This document shows positions 19,444 to 28,978 of a stretch of 64,000 nucleotides of DNA, piece by piece. Origin of the DNA: an uncultured Chloroflexia bacterium (GTDB taxonomy: Bacteria > Chloroflexota > Limnocylindria > Limnocylindrales > CSP1-4). Location of the stretch: the NCBI GenBank assembly GCA_963828165.1, contig CAWHDR010000001.1:384001-448000 (forward strand), written 5' to 3'. The notes under the pieces were generated by a model. That model had not been told where the DNA came from. It saw nothing but the letters and a program-made list of their open reading frames with translations, and ran no database searches. The translations under genes and the position numbers were made by a program. How positions within the stretch are numbered: position 1 is the stretch's first letter; every line of letters starts with the position of its first letter.

Positions 19444-20418
19444 ATGACCCCGTCCGTCGAGAGCGATGTTGCGCTGCGCGCTGAGGGGCTCGGCCGCAGG
19501 TTCGGGGACCGCTGGGCCGTGCGTGGGATCGACCTCGAGGTCCGCCGCGGCGAGGTCCTTGGCCTCCTCGGTCCCAACGGCGCCGGGAAGACGACGACGG
19601 TGCGCCTCCTCGCGGCCCTCATCCGACCGACCGAGGGCACCGCGGCCGTCGACGGCTTCGACGTCGCCAAGCAACCCGACGACGTCCGCGCACGTGTCGG
19701 GATCCTGACCGAGACACCGGGGCTGTACGACAAGCTCTCGGCATACGCCAATCTCGATTTCTTCGGCCGGCTGTACAGCCTCGATTCCGCGCAACGAGCC
19801 AGCGGCATCGAGCGATACCTGCGTCTCTTCGGCCTCTGGGAACGGCGAGACGACGTGACCGGCACGTTCAGCAAGGGCATGAAGCAGAAGCTCGCCATCG
19901 CACGGGCATTGCTCCACGATCCGGCGGTCGTGTTCCTGGACGAGCCGACCGCCGCCCTGGACCCGGAGGCTGCGTTCATCGTTCGCGAATCGATCGAGAC
20001 GATGCGGCGGGCCGGTCGGACGATCGTGCTCGCCACGCACAACCTCGACGAGGCGGATCGGCTGTGCGACCGCATCGCGTTCGTTCGCGCCGGTTTCGTG
20101 CGGGTCGATTCGCCCGCTGCCCTGCGCGGGTCGCTCGGGACCCAGACGCTGAAGATCCGGCTGGCCGGCAGCGCGTCCCCGGCCGCCGTGGAAGCGCTGC
20201 GTTCGGTGGATGGGGTCGTCGCGGTCGACGCGGTCGATGGCGTCCTCCGACTCGGCGCCCCGGACCCCGAATCTGTGGCACCGGCGGCAGTTCGGGCGCT
20301 GGTCGCCTCCGGCGGCGAGGTCGTCGAGGTCAGCATCGAGCGGACGTCGCTCGAGCAGATCTATTTCGACGTCATGGGCGTGCGGCCTGGCGCGGACGGC
20401 ATCGAGGCGCCTTCCTGA
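19444..20418 (+). CDS. ABC-2 type transporter ATP-binding protein
   Basis: GPNGAGKTT, FSKGMKQK, VFLDEPT, ATH. Confidence 0.92.
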   Translation: MTPSVESDVALRAEGLGRRFGDRWAVRGIDLEVRRGEVLGLLGPNGAGKTTTVRLLAALIRPTEGTAAVDGFDVAKQPDDVRARVGILTETPGLYDKLSAYANLDFFGRLYSLDSAQRASGIERYLRLFGLWERRDDVTGTFSKGMKQKLAIARALLHDPAVVFLDEPTAALDPEAAFIVRESIETMRRAGRTIVLATHNLDEADRLCDRIAFVRAGFVRVDSPAALRGSLGTQTLKIRLAGSASPAAVEALRSVDGVVAVDAVDGVLRLGAPDPESVAPAAVRALVASGGEVVEVSIERTSLEQIYFDVMGVRPGADGIEAPS

Positions 20419-21206
20419 TGCGAGCCTCGATCGTCTGGACGATCCTCCGCCGGGAGTGGATGGAGATCCTGCGCAACCGGTTGCTGTTGTCGACGATCCT
20501 GCTGCCGCCGGTCCTCCTGACGGTCGCGCCCATCATCCTGGCCGGCGCCCTGGGCAACCGCGCGCTGCCGCCCGAGCTGGCAGCGCAGATCCTCGCCCAG
20601 CGGCCGGACTGGGCCTCCTTCGCGCCGGCCGAGCTCGCGGGCGCCTTCGCGGTCCAGCAGTTCCTCGTGTTCTTCCTGCTGATGCCGGCCTACATCCCCT
20701 TGTCGATCGCGACGTTTTCGATCATCGGCGAGAAGTTGTCGCGGTCGCTGGAACCCGTGCTCGCCGCGCCGATCCGGACCGTGGAGCTGCTGGCGGGAAA
20801 GGCCATCGCCGCGCTCGTGCCGGGCGTGCTCGCGGGCTGGGCGACGTACATCGTGTTCGTGGCGCTCGCGTCGGTCGTCTACGGCCCTGCGCTGTTCGGG
20901 GTGGTGACTGACGCGTCGTGGCTTGCCGGGGTCTTCCTCCTCGGGCCCGCGGTCGGGCTGTCGTCGGTCGTGGCCGGAGTGATCGTCAGTGCGCGGGTCA
21001 ACGACCCGCGCGTCGCGCAGCAGATCGGCGGCGTGATCATCGTGCCCATCGTCGGGCTCGTGCTGGTCCAGGCCACGGGGACGCTGCTGGTCGGGCCGAC
21101 GGGCTATGTGCTGATGACGATCATCGTGCTGGTCATCTCGCTGGAGGGGCTGCGGGTCGGAGTCCGTCTGTTCGACCGGGAGGCGATCCTCACCCGCTGG
21201 CGATGA
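20418..21206 (+). CDS. ABC-2 type permease
   Basis: TGATG overlap with the ATPase; IIGEK.SRSLEPVLAAPI...LLAGKA; hydrophobic. Confidence 0.88.
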   Translation: MRASIVWTILRREWMEILRNRLLLSTILLPPVLLTVAPIILAGALGNRALPPELAAQILAQRPDWASFAPAELAGAFAVQQFLVFFLLMPAYIPLSIATFSIIGEKLSRSLEPVLAAPIRTVELLAGKAIAALVPGVLAGWATYIVFVALASVVYGPALFGVVTDASWLAGVFLLGPAVGLSSVVAGVIVSARVNDPRVAQQIGGVIIVPIVGLVLVQATGTLLVGPTGYVLMTIIVLVISLEGLRVGVRLFDREAILTRWR

Positions 21207-21224
21207 GGCTGGCCGGCCGGGAAA

Positions 21225-21248
21225 CTTGACATACCTCGGTAGGCCAAG
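21225..21248. promoter_or_regulatory. Palindromic operator, copy 2
   Basis: CTTGACATAC-CTCG-GTAGGCCAAG just upstream of TATGAT (21254) and the EamA start. Confidence 0.6.
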
Positions 21249-21265
21249 CGCCCTATGATGCGGAG

Positions 21266-22192
21266 GTGACCGGTGTCCGCGCCACTCGCACCGAGTGGAT
21301 CCTCTTCCTGATCCTCGGCTTCATGTGGGGGTCGTCGTACCTCTTCATCAAGATCGCCGTGGACTCGTTCGGGACCTTCACGCTCGTCGCGCTGCGGCTC
21401 CTGATCGGCGCCGCGTTCCTGTGGGTCGCCTTCCGCATGAACGGCACGTCCCTGCCGCGCGAGCGACGGATCTACGGCCACCTCGTGGTCATGGCCCTGA
21501 TCAACATCACGATCCCGTTCGGCCTGATCACCTGGGCGGAGCAGTCCGTCGACAGCGCCCTGGCCGCGATCCTCAACGCGACCGTCCCGTTGATGGTCAT
21601 CGTCATCGCGCCGATGTTCCTGCCCGACGAGCCGATCCGCCTCAACGGCGTCGTCGGGCTCGCCGTGGGGTTCATCGGGGTCGTGCTGCTCGTGTCACCC
21701 GGCCTCACGACCGCGACCGGGGACCTGCCCGGCAGCATCGCGTTGCTGGGGTCGTCGCTGGCCTACGCGCTGGGCAACGTCTACAACCGGCGCAACGTCC
21801 GTGGCCTCCCACCGCTGGTGCCGGCCGTGTTCCAGGTCACGTTCGCCCTCATCATCGTCTCGGTCCTCGCGCTCATCCTGGAACAGCCGTGGACGGCGCG
21901 GCCGGACCTCGGGGACTGGTTCTCGGTGGTCTGGCTCGGGGTCTTCGGGTCCGGACTGGCGTACGTGCTGTACTTCCGCCTGCTGGGTCGTTGGGGGGCA
22001 ACGCGCACGTCGTTGGTGGCGTACCTCCTGCCGGTCTACGGGATCGTGCTGGGTTTCCTGGTCCTCCAGGAGCCGGTCGATGCGACGCTCATCGTAGGGA
22101 CCGCCCTCGTCATCGCGGGCGTCGCGCTGGTCAACAGCCCGTGGGGGCAGCGCCGCCTGTTTCGGGCCCGCGTCCCGGCCGAAACGGCGTAG
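21266..22192 (+). CDS. EamA/DMT family transporter
   Basis: MWGSSYLFIK, LVALRL, AAILNATVP, GATRTSLVAYLLPV. Confidence 0.92.
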   Translation: MTGVRATRTEWILFLILGFMWGSSYLFIKIAVDSFGTFTLVALRLLIGAAFLWVAFRMNGTSLPRERRIYGHLVVMALINITIPFGLITWAEQSVDSALAAILNATVPLMVIVIAPMFLPDEPIRLNGVVGLAVGFIGVVLLVSPGLTTATGDLPGSIALLGSSLAYALGNVYNRRNVRGLPPLVPAVFQVTFALIIVSVLALILEQPWTARPDLGDWFSVVWLGVFGSGLAYVLYFRLLGRWGATRTSLVAYLLPVYGIVLGFLVLQEPVDATLIVGTALVIAGVALVNSPWGQRRLFRARVPAETA

Positions 22193-22212
22193 CGCGGCCC
22201 GGCCGCAGTCGA

Positions 22213-23097
22213 TCACCGGCCCGGCACCGCCAGCAGGATCGCCCCGACCACGATGAGCGCTGACGCGCCGACCCGACGCCAGGTCTCGCGCCGGCTGACC
22301 GCCTCGCCAAGCCGTACCGAGCCCCACGCGGCCGCGAACACCGTCGCGGATTCGCGCAGCGGTGCGACACCCGACAGGGGCGCCACGCTCAGGGCCCACA
22401 GGATCAGCACATACGCCCCGAGCGTCAGCCAGCCGCCGATCGCGGCGCTGCGAACCTCACGCTGACCCCCGGCGAAGACGTCACCACCGGCCACGAACCG
22501 GACCCAGAGCGCGAGCGCGATGGACGTGGTCACCCACAGGATCGCGGCGTATGAGAGCGGGTGGATCAGCTGGGCCCCCAGGCGATCGACCGCGCTGTAG
22601 GTCGCGATCGTCACCCCGGTTGCCAGCGCGAACGCGATCGCCGGGTCGAGGCCGCGACGGTCACCACGTATCGCACGCCACGGCTGCTGGAGCACCATGA
22701 AGCCGACGAGCAGCAGCACCACGCCCAGCGACCCCGGCACCCCCAGTCGCTCGCCGAACAACCCCACGCCGATCGCCACGGCGAGCAACGGCGCCGTTCC
22801 GCGCGCGATCGGATAGACGACCGACAGGTCGCCCCGCCGGTATGCCGCGGACAACAGGACGAAGTAGCCCGCCTCGATGACCCCGGACAGCAGACCGAGC
22901 GCGATCCCCTCCACGGGGAGTGCCGGGCGCCCGCCCAGCCACCAGGCGACGAGTCCCGCGGGCACGATCCCGACGGTCGCGGCCAGCATCCCGACCGTCG
23001 CCGCGCGCAGTGGGTCGCCGGCGGTCTTGAGCCGGACGTTCCACGCGACGTGCAGGAGCGCGCTGACCGCGACGAGGGCGATGACGAATGGGTCCAC
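22213..23097 (-). CDS. EamA/DMT family transporter
   Basis: ALLHVAWN, AYRRGDLSVVYPIARG, VAPLRE. Confidence 0.9.
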   Translation of the reverse strand: MDPFVIALVAVSALLHVAWNVRLKTAGDPLRAATVGMLAATVGIVPAGLVAWWLGGRPALPVEGIALGLLSGVIEAGYFVLLSAAYRRGDLSVVYPIARGTAPLLAVAIGVGLFGERLGVPGSLGVVLLLVGFMVLQQPWRAIRGDRRGLDPAIAFALATGVTIATYSAVDRLGAQLIHPLSYAAILWVTTSIALALWVRFVAGGDVFAGGQREVRSAAIGGWLTLGAYVLILWALSVAPLSGVAPLRESATVFAAAWGSVRLGEAVSRRETWRRVGASALIVVGAILLAVPGR

Positions 23098-23106
23098 GAC
23101 CGGACG

Positions 23107-24786
23107 TTACCTGTCGAGGTCCCTCCGCTGCAGGCCCCACGCCCCGACGAGCAGGCCACCGACTGCGAGGACCGCGGCCACGATGGTCCCGACCGGATCG
23201 AAGCTGCCAGCCATCGGCTGTCCGAGATGCCGATACAGCGACAGGTCGAGCACGACATCCGGCAGGTCGAGCGCCTCGCCGAGCGTGTCCAGCAGGAACG
23301 TCGCGATCACGAGGCCTGCCGCGACGGGCGCCGCCAGCGATGCCCGGACGAGTCCGCCCACGGCGAGACCGATCCCGGCGAACGCCGCGGTGGCCAGACC
23401 GAGCACGCCCACCCCCAGGACGGGATCGACGACGTCGCTGGCCTGCGTCGCGATGCCGACCCCGACGAAGACCGCGAGGACGAGGCTCATCACGCCGATC
23501 GCGGCGAGCACCCCGAGCCCGCTCTCGATCGCCCATCGCGCGCGCGACAGCGGCGCAGCCAGCACGAGGTCGAGCCGGCGCCGGCCCTCATCGCTCGACC
23601 AGCCGGCGAGGAAGCTGGCGCCCGCCAGCCCGAGGATGAACGAGCCGAAGGCGAAGAACGTGAGTTGCAGCAGACCGGATGGCTGCCCAAGGTCGATATC
23701 GGGGTAGATCGCCTTGATGAGCGCGCCGATCTGCGGGATCGATCCGATCATCTCCGAGAAGGCCTGCGCGGACGCGATGATCAGGAGCGCGTAGATGCCC
23801 ACCCCCACACCCCACGCGATGGCGATGCCGGCACGATCGGCGAGCTGACGCGTGAACGGTCCGCCGATCCCCGCCGGGAGCGATGGGAGGCGCAGCCAGC
23901 GCAGCGCCGCTGAGTCGCCGAGGTCCCGCCGTTCGAATGCGATGAGGCCGACGGCCAGGAACACGGCCGTGACGGCCGCGAGGATCCCGAGCGACGGCCA
24001 GTCGGACACGCCGGCCAAAGGCCGATGGCCCGCGGTCCAGCTGTACCAGGACAACGGCCGCAGGGTATCGATGGCCGGGGACAGCGACGCATACGAGTTG
24101 ATGAGGTAGCCCGCGAACAGCGCCACCAGCCCGAACGCGGCGGCACGTGTCCGCCCGACGAACGGCGCCGTCGCGAAGGCGAGCGACCCGGCGGCGAGCA
24201 TCAGGAGCCCGTACAGGAGCGCCTGGCCCAGGGAGGATGCGAAGGAGAAATCATCGCCGGGCAGCACGGCGAAGGCGACCCCCGCCAGCCACGTGACGAA
24301 CGCGAACAGCAGCATCGCGACGACCAGGGCCGTGACGTGGCCGGCGAGTTTCTGGAGCGCCACCGATCGCCGGCTCGTCGGCGTCGAGGCGAGCAGGTCC
24401 AGGCTGCCCTTCGCGGCCTCACCGGCGAGCGTGCCCGACAGTGCCAGCACCGACCACAGGCCCAGGATGACCGGGAGCGTGTTGCCGACGCGCCAGGAGA
24501 TGAACCCGCCGAGTGTCTCGATGTGGATCGGCTCCCCCAGCAGGCCGCGCAGCGCCAGCGGCAGCGCGGTCATGCCGGCGATGAACTGTTGGCGGAGGGC
24601 CATCGTGCCGAATTCGAGGCCGTACGGCGCGGCCGTCGCCAGCATGAACAGGCCCCCGAGCCCACCCACGACGAGGGCCGCGCGACGGCTGTCCCGGACG
24701 GTCTTGGCGTAGATCGATCGGAGGCCCATCACCCGCGACCACGGCATCGACCGGCCCGCGCGGAGCGGGCGGACGTCAACGGCCAT
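23107..24786 (-). CDS. ABC exporter permease with duplicated ABC-2 membrane domain
   Basis: LAGEAAKGSLDLLASTP and SDEGRRRLDLVLAAP; FERRDL and LQRRDL domain ends. Confidence 0.85.
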   Translation of the reverse strand: MAVDVRPLRAGRSMPWSRVMGLRSIYAKTVRDSRRAALVVGGLGGLFMLATAAPYGLEFGTMALRQQFIAGMTALPLALRGLLGEPIHIETLGGFISWRVGNTLPVILGLWSVLALSGTLAGEAAKGSLDLLASTPTSRRSVALQKLAGHVTALVVAMLLFAFVTWLAGVAFAVLPGDDFSFASSLGQALLYGLLMLAAGSLAFATAPFVGRTRAAAFGLVALFAGYLINSYASLSPAIDTLRPLSWYSWTAGHRPLAGVSDWPSLGILAAVTAVFLAVGLIAFERRDLGDSAALRWLRLPSLPAGIGGPFTRQLADRAGIAIAWGVGVGIYALLIIASAQAFSEMIGSIPQIGALIKAIYPDIDLGQPSGLLQLTFFAFGSFILGLAGASFLAGWSSDEGRRRLDLVLAAPLSRARWAIESGLGVLAAIGVMSLVLAVFVGVGIATQASDVVDPVLGVGVLGLATAAFAGIGLAVGGLVRASLAAPVAAGLVIATFLLDTLGEALDLPDVVLDLSLYRHLGQPMAGSFDPVGTIVAAVLAVGGLLVGAWGLQRRDLDR

Positions 24787-25672
24787 CGTGGGCTCCGTAC
24801 TGGGCGAGGAAGACATCCTCCAGATTCGGCTCGCGGCTGACGACGTCGACGATGCCGTGGGGCGCGGCCGCGGCGAGGACCCCACCGATCGGACCCGCGA
24901 CCCGCATCCGGACCACGTGACCGTCGACCTCGATGTCGCTGACGCCGTCGATCGACGAGAAGATCGCGCTCGCCACCGGCGCACTGAACTTCAGCTCGAC
25001 ATGGTGGAAGGCGAGCCGCCGGATGGCCTCGATGGAATCGACCTGGACGAGGCGGCCCTCCCGGATGATCGCGACGCGATCGCAGGTTCGATCGACCTCG
25101 TCGATGATGTGCGAGCTCAGGAACACGGTCCGCCCCTCAATGCGAGCCTCGCGCACGATGTCGAAGAAGGTCCGCTGGACGAGCGGATCCAGGCCGGACG
25201 TGGGCTCGTCGAGGATCAGCAGGTCCGGCCGGTGCTGGAGGGCCACGACCAGCCCGACCTTCTGCTTGTTCCCCTTCGAGTACTCCTTGAACCGCCGGCT
25301 GGGATCGAGATCCAGGCGCTCGATGAGCTCCGCGACGTACCCGGCATCGACGCCACCGCGCAGGTTGGCGAAATAGGCGATGGTGTCGGCGCCCGTCAGC
25401 CGGTCGTACAGGTCGAACTCACCGGGGAGGTAGCCGAGCCGTCGGTGGATCGCCACGGGGTCCGCGGTCGTCTCGATGCCGAAGACCTCGGCGCGCCCTG
25501 ACGTCGGGCGGATGAGGTCCAGCAGGACGCGCATCGTGGTCGTCTTGCCCGCGCCGTTGGGCCCGAGGAAGCCGAAGATCTCGCCCTCCTCGACGTCGAG
25601 GTCGAGCTCGGTGATGCCCCGATGGGGGCCGTAGCTCTTGGTGAGCTGCTCGGTGTGGATGACCGCGGTCAC
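24776..25672 (-). CDS. ABC transporter ATP-binding protein
   Basis: GPNGAGKTTT, YSKGNKQK, ILDEPTSGLDP, LSSH; GGAGG SD upstream of GTG 25672. Confidence 0.93.
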   Translation of the reverse strand: MTAVIHTEQLTKSYGPHRGITELDLDVEEGEIFGFLGPNGAGKTTTMRVLLDLIRPTSGRAEVFGIETTADPVAIHRRLGYLPGEFDLYDRLTGADTIAYFANLRGGVDAGYVAELIERLDLDPSRRFKEYSKGNKQKVGLVVALQHRPDLLILDEPTSGLDPLVQRTFFDIVREARIEGRTVFLSSHIIDEVDRTCDRVAIIREGRLVQVDSIEAIRRLAFHHVELKFSAPVASAIFSSIDGVSDIEVDGHVVRMRVAGPIGGVLAAAAPHGIVDVVSREPNLEDVFLAQYGAHDGR

Positions 25673-25697
25673 GCCGTTCCCTCCTTCGAGTCCATGC

Positions 25698-25908
25698 TCA
25701 ATCCCAGCCGGGCGCGTGCCGGGTGCCCATCCCCTCGCTGATGAACGGGATCCGCCGGCCCAGCAAGGCCACGGCGATGGCCGTGGTGATGGGCACGGCC
25801 GCCACGATCCCGATGCTGCCAACCAGGGCCCGCACCCGCCAGGAGCGCCCGCGCGTGCCGTCGCAGCCCGGTGAACGGTACGTCGGACGTCGGATCGCGA
25901 TCCGTCAC
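25698..25908 (-). pseudogene. YibE/F family membrane protein remnant with internal deletion
   Basis: Start with SD (VTDRDPTSDVP...) joined out of frame to VRALVGSIGIVAAVPITTAIAVAL, the typical YibE/F C-terminus. Confidence 0.55.
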
Positions 25909-25918
25909 CTCGAGGCGG

Positions 25919-26446
25919 TCAGGCGGCGGGCGTGGACGGTCGGTCGGCGCGGTCGGCGCGCTCCGCCCGCTCCTTGAGCGCCCGCAGATGCGCCTCGACG
26001 CGCGCCTCGAGGGAGTGCCGGCCCAGTCGGACGAGGATGACGGTCCAGCGATCGACCGGTTCGAACGTGGCGGCATGGACGACCCGGGTCCCGCCGGCGA
26101 CCGGCTCCAGCCGCCAGCCCCACTCGCTCTCGAAGCCGGATCCGGTCACCCGCAGACGGAAGATCGATTCGGGCCGCGCTTCGAGGCTCTCGACGTGGGC
26201 GTGCTCGCGCAGCAGCCCCAGCCGCGCGCGGGCGGTCCTTGTGGTCGCGGCTGCCGGCCACGAAGGCGCCGCGGGCCCGAGCCGCAGCTCCGGGAAGAGG
26301 ACCGCGGACGCTGCCGGATCGTGCAGGGCTGCCCAGACGGCTCGTGGCGACGCCTGGATGAAGACGCGGCGCTCGACCAGGCGATCTGCGCGCAGGTGGT
26401 CGCCCGGACGACGAAAACCGACCTCTGGGTCAGGACGGACGGCCAT
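25919..26446 (-). CDS. SRPBCC/START family protein
   Basis: VFIQASPRAVWAALHD, WRLEPVAGGTRV, LRALKERAE. Confidence 0.8.
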   Translation of the reverse strand: MAVRPDPEVGFRRPGDHLRADRLVERRVFIQASPRAVWAALHDPAASAVLFPELRLGPAAPSWPAAATTRTARARLGLLREHAHVESLEARPESIFRLRVTGSGFESEWGWRLEPVAGGTRVVHAATFEPVDRWTVILVRLGRHSLEARVEAHLRALKERAERADRADRPSTPAA

Positions 26447-26449
26447 CGC

Positions 26450-27400
26450 TCAGGTCCCGATCGGGTGCCACACCGTCTTCATCTCGAGGAAGGCGGCGAT
26501 CCATTCCGGGCGCTCCGTGGCTCGGTCGTCGAGCCAGTCGAAACGCGCCTCGTCGACGGTGGTGGCGCGGCGCGACAGGCGCTTGACGTCGTCGGCAGCC
26601 AGCTGTTCGGTCTCGACGCGCAGGGCGTCCGGGACTCCCCACGTGTCGAGGGCGTCCACGTCGACGTGCCCGGCGAGGACCGGGATCAGCTCCTTTCGGA
26701 GGCCGGTCAGGACGTTGACGACACCACCCGGCACATCCGAGGTGGCGAGAACCTCGGTCAGCGTGACGGCGGGCAACGGGCGCGCCTCCGACGTGAGGAG
26801 CACGACCGTGTTACCGCTGACGAGCGGCGGGGCGAGCCGCGACACGAGCCCGAGCAGGGACGACGTCTCGGGCGCGACGACGCCGACGACGCCGGTCGGC
26901 TCCGGGATCGTGAAGTTGAAATAGGGCGCTGCGACCGGATTCGACGAACCCAGGATCTGGGTGATCTTGTCGGCCCAGCCGGCGTACCAGACCCAGCGGT
27001 CGATGGCCCGGTCGACGACATCGCGGGCGCGCGGCTCGCGCAGCCCCTCGGCCGCGGCCACCTCCGCGACGAACTGGTCGCGCCGGCCCTCCATCAGCTC
27101 CGCGACCCGGTACAGGACCTGCCCGCGGTTCATCGCGGTCTTGGCCGCCCAGCCCGGGACCGCCTTGCGTGCCGCCCGGACGGCATCCCGCACGTCTTTG
27201 CGCGATGCGCGGCAGGCATGGGCGAGCGGGGTCCCGTCGGCGCCCTTGACCAGGTACGAGCGTCCGCTCTCCGAACGCGGGAACGCCCCGCCGATGTACA
27301 GCTTGTAGGTCTTGCGGACCTCGATCCGGCTCGCGGGTGTCGTCGCGGTCCCGTTCGTCGTGCCGCGACGGGCGACCGCCCGGCGGCCGTTGGTGGCCAT
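26450..27400 (-). CDS. Short aldehyde dehydrogenase-like subunit (NAD-binding-like domain only)
   Basis: VRKTYKLYIGGAFPRSESGR, WYAGWADK, EPTGVVG, EMKTVWHPIG; no catalytic Cys region. Confidence 0.85.
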   Translation of the reverse strand: MATNGRRAVARRGTTNGTATTPASRIEVRKTYKLYIGGAFPRSESGRSYLVKGADGTPLAHACRASRKDVRDAVRAARKAVPGWAAKTAMNRGQVLYRVAELMEGRRDQFVAEVAAAEGLREPRARDVVDRAIDRWVWYAGWADKITQILGSSNPVAAPYFNFTIPEPTGVVGVVAPETSSLLGLVSRLAPPLVSGNTVVLLTSEARPLPAVTLTEVLATSDVPGGVVNVLTGLRKELIPVLAGHVDVDALDTWGVPDALRVETEQLAADDVKRLSRRATTVDEARFDWLDDRATERPEWIAAFLEMKTVWHPIGT

Positions 27401-28923
27401 CAACGGTCCTCCAGGCGCACGTACGCATGCAGCCCGTGCATGCCGCCCTCGCGCCCGAACCCGGATTCCTTGTACCCGCCGAACGGCGATGTCGGATCGA
27501 AGCGGTTGAACGTGTTGGCCCACACGACACCGGCCTTCAGGCGAGACGCCATCGCGAGGATCCGCGAGCCCTTGTCGGTCCATACCCCGGCCGACAGGCC
27601 GTAGGCGGTGTTGTTGGCCTTCTCGACGGCTTCGTCAGGCGTTCGGAACGTCAAAACGGACAACACCGGCCCGAAGATCTCCTCGCGCGCGATCCGGTGG
27701 CTCTGGGCCACGTTCGTGAACAGCGTCGGCCGGAAGAAGTAGCCCCGGTCGGGCAGGTCGCACGCCGGCTGGTAGAGGTCGGCGCCTTCCGCGACGCCCG
27801 ACGCCACGAGCTCGGTGATCTTCTCGAGCTGGGCTTTCGAGTTGATCGCCCCGACGTCGGTGTTCTTGTCGAGCGGGTCACCAACCCGGATCGTCGAGAG
27901 GCGGTCCTTGAGCTTGTCGATGACCGTCTCGGCGATCGATTCCTGGACGAGCAGCCGCGATCCGGCGCAGCACACCTCGCCCTGGTTGAAATAGATGCCG
28001 TTGACGATGCCCTCGATGGCCTGGTCGATCGGCGCGTCGTCGAAGACGATGTTCGCCGCCTTGCCGCCGAGCTCCAGCGTGAGTGCCTTGTCCGTACCGG
28101 CCACCCCGCGGCCGATCTTCTTGCCGATCTCGGTCGAGCCCGTGAACGCGACCTTGTCCACCTTGTCGTGCGTCGCGAGCGCCATCCCGATCTCGCCGGG
28201 CCCCGTGATGATGTTCACCGTGCCGGGCGGCAGGTCAGCCTGGACGCAGACCTCGGCGAAGAGCATCGCCGACAGCGGCGTCGTGGACGCGGGCTTGAGC
28301 ACGACCGTGTTGCCGGCGGCAAGCGCCGGAGCGATCTTCCACGCCAGCATCAGCAGCGGGAAGTTCCACGGGATGATCTGGGCGGCGACGCCCAGGGGCC
28401 GGGCGATCCGCCCGGGAAACGCGTAATCGAGCTTGTCCGCCCAGCCCGCGTAGTACCAGAAGTGGCTCGCGGCGAGCGGCACGTCCACGTCGCGCGATTC
28501 CTTGATCGGCTTGCCCGAGTCCATCGATTCGAGGACGGCGAACTCGCGCGAGCGTTCCTGGAGGATCCGCGAGATGCGGAACAGGTACTTGGCCCGCTCG
28601 CGACCGGACAGCTGACCCCACGACCGGCGCTGAGAACGCCGCGCGGCATCGACCGCCTTGTCGACATCGGCCGCGGTCGCGCGCGCGACCTGTGCGAGGG
28701 GCTGTTCCGTGGCCGGATCGATCGACACGAACGTGTCGCCTCCGGTGGCCGGCACGAACCGGCCGTTGATGAACAGGCCGTAGCGCTCCTTGAGCGTGAC
28801 GATGTCGCGCGCCTCGGGCGCCGGGGCGTACTCCCACGGGATCGCCTGGCCATCGCCCAGGCCCCAGCTGTTCGGGGCGCCCTCGGGCGCCGGGATCACG
28901 CTCGTGCTGCTCCGACCGGCCAT
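27400..28923 (-). CDS. Aldehyde dehydrogenase (deoC-associated type)
   Basis: WEYAPAPE, IIPWNFP, FTGST, LELGGK, NQGEVCCAGSR, EEIFGP, FGGYKESGFGRE. Confidence 0.95.
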   Translation of the reverse strand: MAGRSSTSVIPAPEGAPNSWGLGDGQAIPWEYAPAPEARDIVTLKERYGLFINGRFVPATGGDTFVSIDPATEQPLAQVARATAADVDKAVDAARRSQRRSWGQLSGRERAKYLFRISRILQERSREFAVLESMDSGKPIKESRDVDVPLAASHFWYYAGWADKLDYAFPGRIARPLGVAAQIIPWNFPLLMLAWKIAPALAAGNTVVLKPASTTPLSAMLFAEVCVQADLPPGTVNIITGPGEIGMALATHDKVDKVAFTGSTEIGKKIGRGVAGTDKALTLELGGKAANIVFDDAPIDQAIEGIVNGIYFNQGEVCCAGSRLLVQESIAETVIDKLKDRLSTIRVGDPLDKNTDVGAINSKAQLEKITELVASGVAEGADLYQPACDLPDRGYFFRPTLFTNVAQSHRIAREEIFGPVLSVLTFRTPDEAVEKANNTAYGLSAGVWTDKGSRILAMASRLKAGVVWANTFNRFDPTSPFGGYKESGFGREGGMHGLHAYVRLEDR

Positions 28924-28978
28924 GCTCGCCATTATGGCACCGGCCGAGTGCATGCCCCTCAGAACTCGGCGTACCTCG

